Source of the DNA: Candidatus Izemoplasmatales bacterium
Lineage (GTDB): Bacteria; Bacillota_I; Bacilli_A; Izemoplasmatales; Hujiaoplasmataceae
NCBI GenBank assembly: GCA_050177605.1
Contig: JBFXGX010000002.1
Span: 32,001-96,000, forward strand
Direction of reading: 5' to 3'
Length of the DNA stretch: 64,000 nucleotides
Positions 60,570 to 64,000 of this stretch are shown here, in pieces. A program made the position numbers and the translations under genes. Below the pieces are notes generated by a model. The model had not been told where the DNA came from. It saw only the letters and a list, made by a program, of their open reading frames with translations, and did no database searches. The first letter of the stretch is position 1. Every line of letters starts with the position of its first letter.

Positions 60570-61541
60570 ATGGCGAAAAAATCAATGGTGAAAAAGCTCA
60601 CCAGCACTTCAACAATTGAAAATCAAAATGGGATTGCCTATCTATTCTTAGCACCTTGGTTGATTGGATTTTTAACTTTTGTGATTTATCCGTTCTTTAA
60701 AACAATTTACAATACGGCATTCAAGATTACGACGGAAGCAGGAGAACTTGTTTATGTTTATAATCTCGGAGACCATGCAGGAAACTTTGGTACAGCGTTA
60801 AGAAATCTCTATTTCTTCCCGCAACTCCTTGACTTTATTATCATGGAGATTACCTATGTTCCAACAATTATTATCGTGGCTTTCATTTTGGCGCTTCTTT
60901 TAAATACGGGTGCGAAAGGACAAAGTACGTTTCGGTTAATCTATTTCTTCCCAGTCATCATTATGTCCGGCCCAGTCGCAGGAATCTTAAAATATAATGG
61001 TGCAGGTAGTTTGTTTGATTATATCAACAACATAATCTTTAAAATGCTTGTCTCTTATTCCCATCGTCTTGCGGAAGCCTTATCTGGCTTATTCGCAAAC
61101 TTTACGATGGTGTTATGGTTCACAGGCATTCCAATCATTTTATTCATTAATGCACTACAAAAAATCAATACAAATCTTTACGAAGCCGCTAAGATTGATG
61201 GTGCATCCAATTGGCAGATACTTTGGAAAATTAAAGTTCCAATTGTAAAATCTACCGGATTCATTGTCAGCGTCTTTACAATCGTTCAGTTAGGGGCTTA
61301 TTCCCTTAATCCAATTTATCAAACGATTAAGAATTCGATTTATGACACCGCTGCTGGTATTGGACTTGCTTCGACGTTTGCATTTATTTATACTTTTGTT
61401 GTTTTCTTACTGGTCGGGATTGCATATTTGTTACTTGGAAGACAATCCAAAACAAAAGAACTCAAATTATCATCCTTACAACGTGCTAGACTGGAAGCTG
61501 TTCAAAAGAAACGTCAACAGTTTGAAAGGAGAGCGAAATAA
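60570..61541 (+). CDS. Carbohydrate ABC transporter permease (MalF-like)
   Basis: YLFLAPWLIGF and LYEAAKIDGA; ATG 60570 after GGAGGTGA. Confidence 0.9.
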   Translation: MAKKSMVKKLTSTSTIENQNGIAYLFLAPWLIGFLTFVIYPFFKTIYNTAFKITTEAGELVYVYNLGDHAGNFGTALRNLYFFPQLLDFIIMEITYVPTIIIVAFILALLLNTGAKGQSTFRLIYFFPVIIMSGPVAGILKYNGAGSLFDYINNIIFKMLVSYSHRLAEALSGLFANFTMVLWFTGIPIILFINALQKINTNLYEAAKIDGASNWQILWKIKVPIVKSTGFIVSVFTIVQLGAYSLNPIYQTIKNSIYDTAAGIGLASTFAFIYTFVVFLLVGIAYLLLGRQSKTKELKLSSLQRARLEAVQKKRQQFERRAK

Positions 61542-61543
61542 TC

Positions 61544-62548
61544 ATGAAAGAACTCACCTTAAAACTAAAAGCATTTTTTGAAAAGATACCTGGTAAAATA
61601 GCAGGATTAAAAGAGTATTATCGTACTCATAAAATGAGAATTAATCATTTAATTTCGCAAATCGCTGTTTACGTATTTTTAATTACAATTTCTTATATTT
61701 TTATCTATCCAATCATGAAGATGGTTTCGATATCCTTTATGTCTTCAAGTGACCTTGTGAATCCTGAGGTTATATGGATACCTAAACAATTTACTTTCGT
61801 CAATTATAAAGTCGCGTGGACGGTGCTGAATGGAAGTGTGTCCTTACCGAATTCAATCAAGTATTCAACTTTACTTGCAGTGTTCCAAACACTCGTATCT
61901 GCTTTAACAGGTTTTGCTTTTGCACGATATGAATTCTTCGGTAAAAAAGCATTATATGGCATTTTGTTATTCTCATTCATCATTCCAATTCCAATTCTTT
62001 TAATTACACAATACAATATGTTTTCAACAGTATATACAGCGCTCGGATGGATTGGTGCTGGTAAAGGGTTAAATACGTATACATCACAAATCATTATGGC
62101 TTTCTTTGGTCAAGGTGTGAATAGTGCCATTTTAATCTTAATCTTTATCAACTTCTTTAAAATGATACCGGCTGATTTATACGAGGCAGGAAAGATTGAT
62201 GGGGCTTCTCCACTTCAATTATTCTGGCATATCACGATTAAACTAAGTCTTTCAACCATCGTCGTTGTATTCCTCTTTTCATTTGTATGGAACTGGAATG
62301 AATCTTACGTTACTGAATTCTTTGTCGGGGATGGTGTTGATTTATTTACGAACCAATTAGGCAAATTTGATTCTTTATTTGGTACGCGTGTTTCAGATGC
62401 TAGACAAGAAGGGGATGCAGTACAACTTGTGGAAAGCTATAAGATGGCTGCGACTGTAGTAAGTATTATCCCATTATTAATCATTTATTTTATCGGACAA
62501 AAATCGTTCGTTGAAGGTATTGAAAAAACAGGTATTACTGGAGAATAA
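61544..62548 (+). CDS. Carbohydrate ABC transporter permease (MalG-like)
   Basis: GFAFAR, IPADLYEAGKIDGA, WNWNE and QKSFVEGI. Confidence 0.9.
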   Translation: MKELTLKLKAFFEKIPGKIAGLKEYYRTHKMRINHLISQIAVYVFLITISYIFIYPIMKMVSISFMSSSDLVNPEVIWIPKQFTFVNYKVAWTVLNGSVSLPNSIKYSTLLAVFQTLVSALTGFAFARYEFFGKKALYGILLFSFIIPIPILLITQYNMFSTVYTALGWIGAGKGLNTYTSQIIMAFFGQGVNSAILILIFINFFKMIPADLYEAGKIDGASPLQLFWHITIKLSLSTIVVVFLFSFVWNWNESYVTEFFVGDGVDLFTNQLGKFDSLFGTRVSDARQEGDAVQLVESYKMAATVVSIIPLLIIYFIGQKSFVEGIEKTGITGE

Positions 62549-62551
62549 ACA

Positions 62552-63460
62552 ATGAAAAAAACAATGATATTAGGGGTATTCATTCTCCTGAGTGTCATGT
62601 TCGTTGCTTGTGATGAGGTCGTGACAACGACCTCTTCTTCACTTAGTGAGTCAACGACTACCACTTTGTCTGAAGTGACAACAGAAACAGATAGTTGTAA
62701 AGCGACGAATATGAGTTATGATTATAACAGTTTAAATTATAATCTTGTTTTTGCGGATGAATTTGACAAGGAAACAGGAACTCCTTCCATCAATAAATGG
62801 CGTTATCAAACGGGTGATGGTGGTTGGGGAAACAACGAATTACAATATTATACAGACGGTAATAATTCGATCATTGAAAATTATGAAATGGTGATTACCG
62901 CGCGAAAAGAAGATATGGGAGATTCCCACTATACGAGTAGTCGGATGAACAGTATAAAAAGTTTTCTCTATGGTAAGTTCGAAATCAAAGCGAAACTTCC
63001 TGCCGGAAGTGGAACTTGGCCAGCGATTTGGATGATGCCTTCTGCTAGTATGTATGGCGGTTGGCCAAACAGTGGTGAAATTGATATCATGGAACATGTA
63101 GGAACGGATATGAATAAGATCCATTTCAGTGTTCATACTGAAAAATATTATTTCAAGATTAACACGCAAAAGACCTTTGTCGCAACCATCCCGAATGTAT
63201 CGACGACCTACCATGTATATGGTCTTGAATGGCTACCTGATAAGTTAATCTTTTCGGTTGATGGTACTCAATATTTCACCTATACGCCGACGGACTATGT
63301 TGCCTGTCCAACTTCGGCTGAGTGGCCATTTGATAGACCGTTCTATTTAATCCTCAATATTGCACTCGGTGGATGGGGCGGAACACCTTATACTGGTTTT
63401 GAAGAAGAATCGATGTATATTGACTATGTCAGGGTGTATCAAGCAGATAATCTTTTTTAA
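62552..63460 (+). CDS. GH16 endo-beta-1,3-glucanase lipoprotein
   Basis: Lipobox FVAC, Ser/Thr linker, GWGNNELQYY, WPAIW and EIDIME. Confidence 0.92.
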   Translation: MKKTMILGVFILLSVMFVACDEVVTTTSSSLSESTTTTLSEVTTETDSCKATNMSYDYNSLNYNLVFADEFDKETGTPSINKWRYQTGDGGWGNNELQYYTDGNNSIIENYEMVITARKEDMGDSHYTSSRMNSIKSFLYGKFEIKAKLPAGSGTWPAIWMMPSASMYGGWPNSGEIDIMEHVGTDMNKIHFSVHTEKYYFKINTQKTFVATIPNVSTTYHVYGLEWLPDKLIFSVDGTQYFTYTPTDYVACPTSAEWPFDRPFYLILNIALGGWGGTPYTGFEEESMYIDYVRVYQADNLF

Positions 63461-63531
63461 AAAACACATAAACACATCACGAGAGTATGATATAATGTAC
63501 TTAAAATAAAGGGAAGAATAGGTTGTGCCGT

Positions 63532-64000
63532 ATGGATTTACAACGAACAGAACTCAAGTTTTTATTAACTTTTGATGAATATCGAAAACTAAAGACTGAA
63601 CTCGAAATGCTTTGTTCTCTTGATCCACATTCTGATCAACAAGAAGGCCATTATCATATTCAAAGTCTTTATTTTGATGACTTATATGATTCGAAAGTGA
63701 TGGAAAAAGCAGACGGGATTGAACTTCATACAAAATATCGAATTCGAACCTATAATAACGGTGGAATTCGTTTAGAGTATAAGACGAAATCTGGCAATTT
63801 AACAGCGAAACAACAACTCTGGTTGACAAATGAATTAGTAGATGCTATTCTCAGTCAAAACTATGCAGTTTTATACCATCATTTAGACGATCCATTGGTT
63901 GAACAAATGCTGATAAGAATGAAACTTGATCACTTAAAACCAAGTTTATATATTGATTATGATCGGGAAGCTTATTTGTACCCTGCTGGTGATACGCGAA
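63532..64000 (+). CDS. VTC/CYTH-like polyphosphate polymerase-domain protein (3' truncated, absent from ORF track)
   Basis: Manual translation MDLQRTELKF...SLYFDD...KYRIRTY...LEYK...YDREAY has no stop before the window end; TGaTATAAT at 63488-63496. Confidence 0.85.
   Translation, partial: MDLQRTELKFLLTFDEYRKLKTELEMLCSLDPHSDQQEGHYHIQSLYFDDLYDSKVMEKADGIELHTKYRIRTYNNGGIRLEYKTKSGNLTAKQQLWLTNELVDAILSQNYAVLYHHLDDPLVEQMLIRMKLDHLKPSLYIDYDREAYLYPAGDTR

Noticed and set aside
409..63214. Many short (60-125 aa) antisense or off-frame ORFs in the track
   Set aside because: They overlap well-supported genes and show no recognisable motifs.
63554..63829. Minus-strand 91-aa ORF in the track
   Set aside because: Antisense shadow of the VTC-domain gene on the plus strand.

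Overview
AT-rich, almost entirely plus-strand bacterial chromosome segment using genetic code 11 (TGA is a stop, TGG is Trp). The many Thr-tethered lipoproteins and the NifJ-type PFOR suggest an anaerobic Acholeplasmatales/Izemoplasmatales-like organism (inference). Contents in order: (1) a Liv-type ABC transporter with a CoA-transferase and two alpha/beta hydrolases, one resembling Bacillus PhaZ; (2) the most unusual region (8816-17082), where a perfect sigma-A promoter and a c-di-GMP-I (GEMM-I) riboswitch with A at the position-20 equivalent precede four TasA/camelysin-like proteins, two SipW-type signal peptidases and, embedded among them, a membrane-anchored McrB-like AAA+ NTPase with a DUF2357/McrC-like partner lacking a visible nuclease domain; (3) housekeeping genes (Gfo/Idh/MocA oxidoreductase, deacetylase, WalJ-like hydrolase, choline-kinase family, nifJ, large parvulin-like lipoprotein, CDF transporter, MgtC family, sufCDSUB, darA); (4) a beta-1,3/1,6-glucan utilisation locus (GH94 laminaribiose phosphorylase, GH16 x2, GH30 x2, GH5, GH3 x2, and an ABC system with 2 SBPs, 4 permeases, NHL-YIP1 and DUF5696 proteins) that shares a TGTAAnCGnTTACA-like operator with a distant multi-CBM lipoprotein; (5) a truncated VTC-domain gene at the right edge that is missing from the ORF track. 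No rRNA, tRNA, CRISPR array or mobile element was seen. All family assignments come from motif recognition, not database searches.
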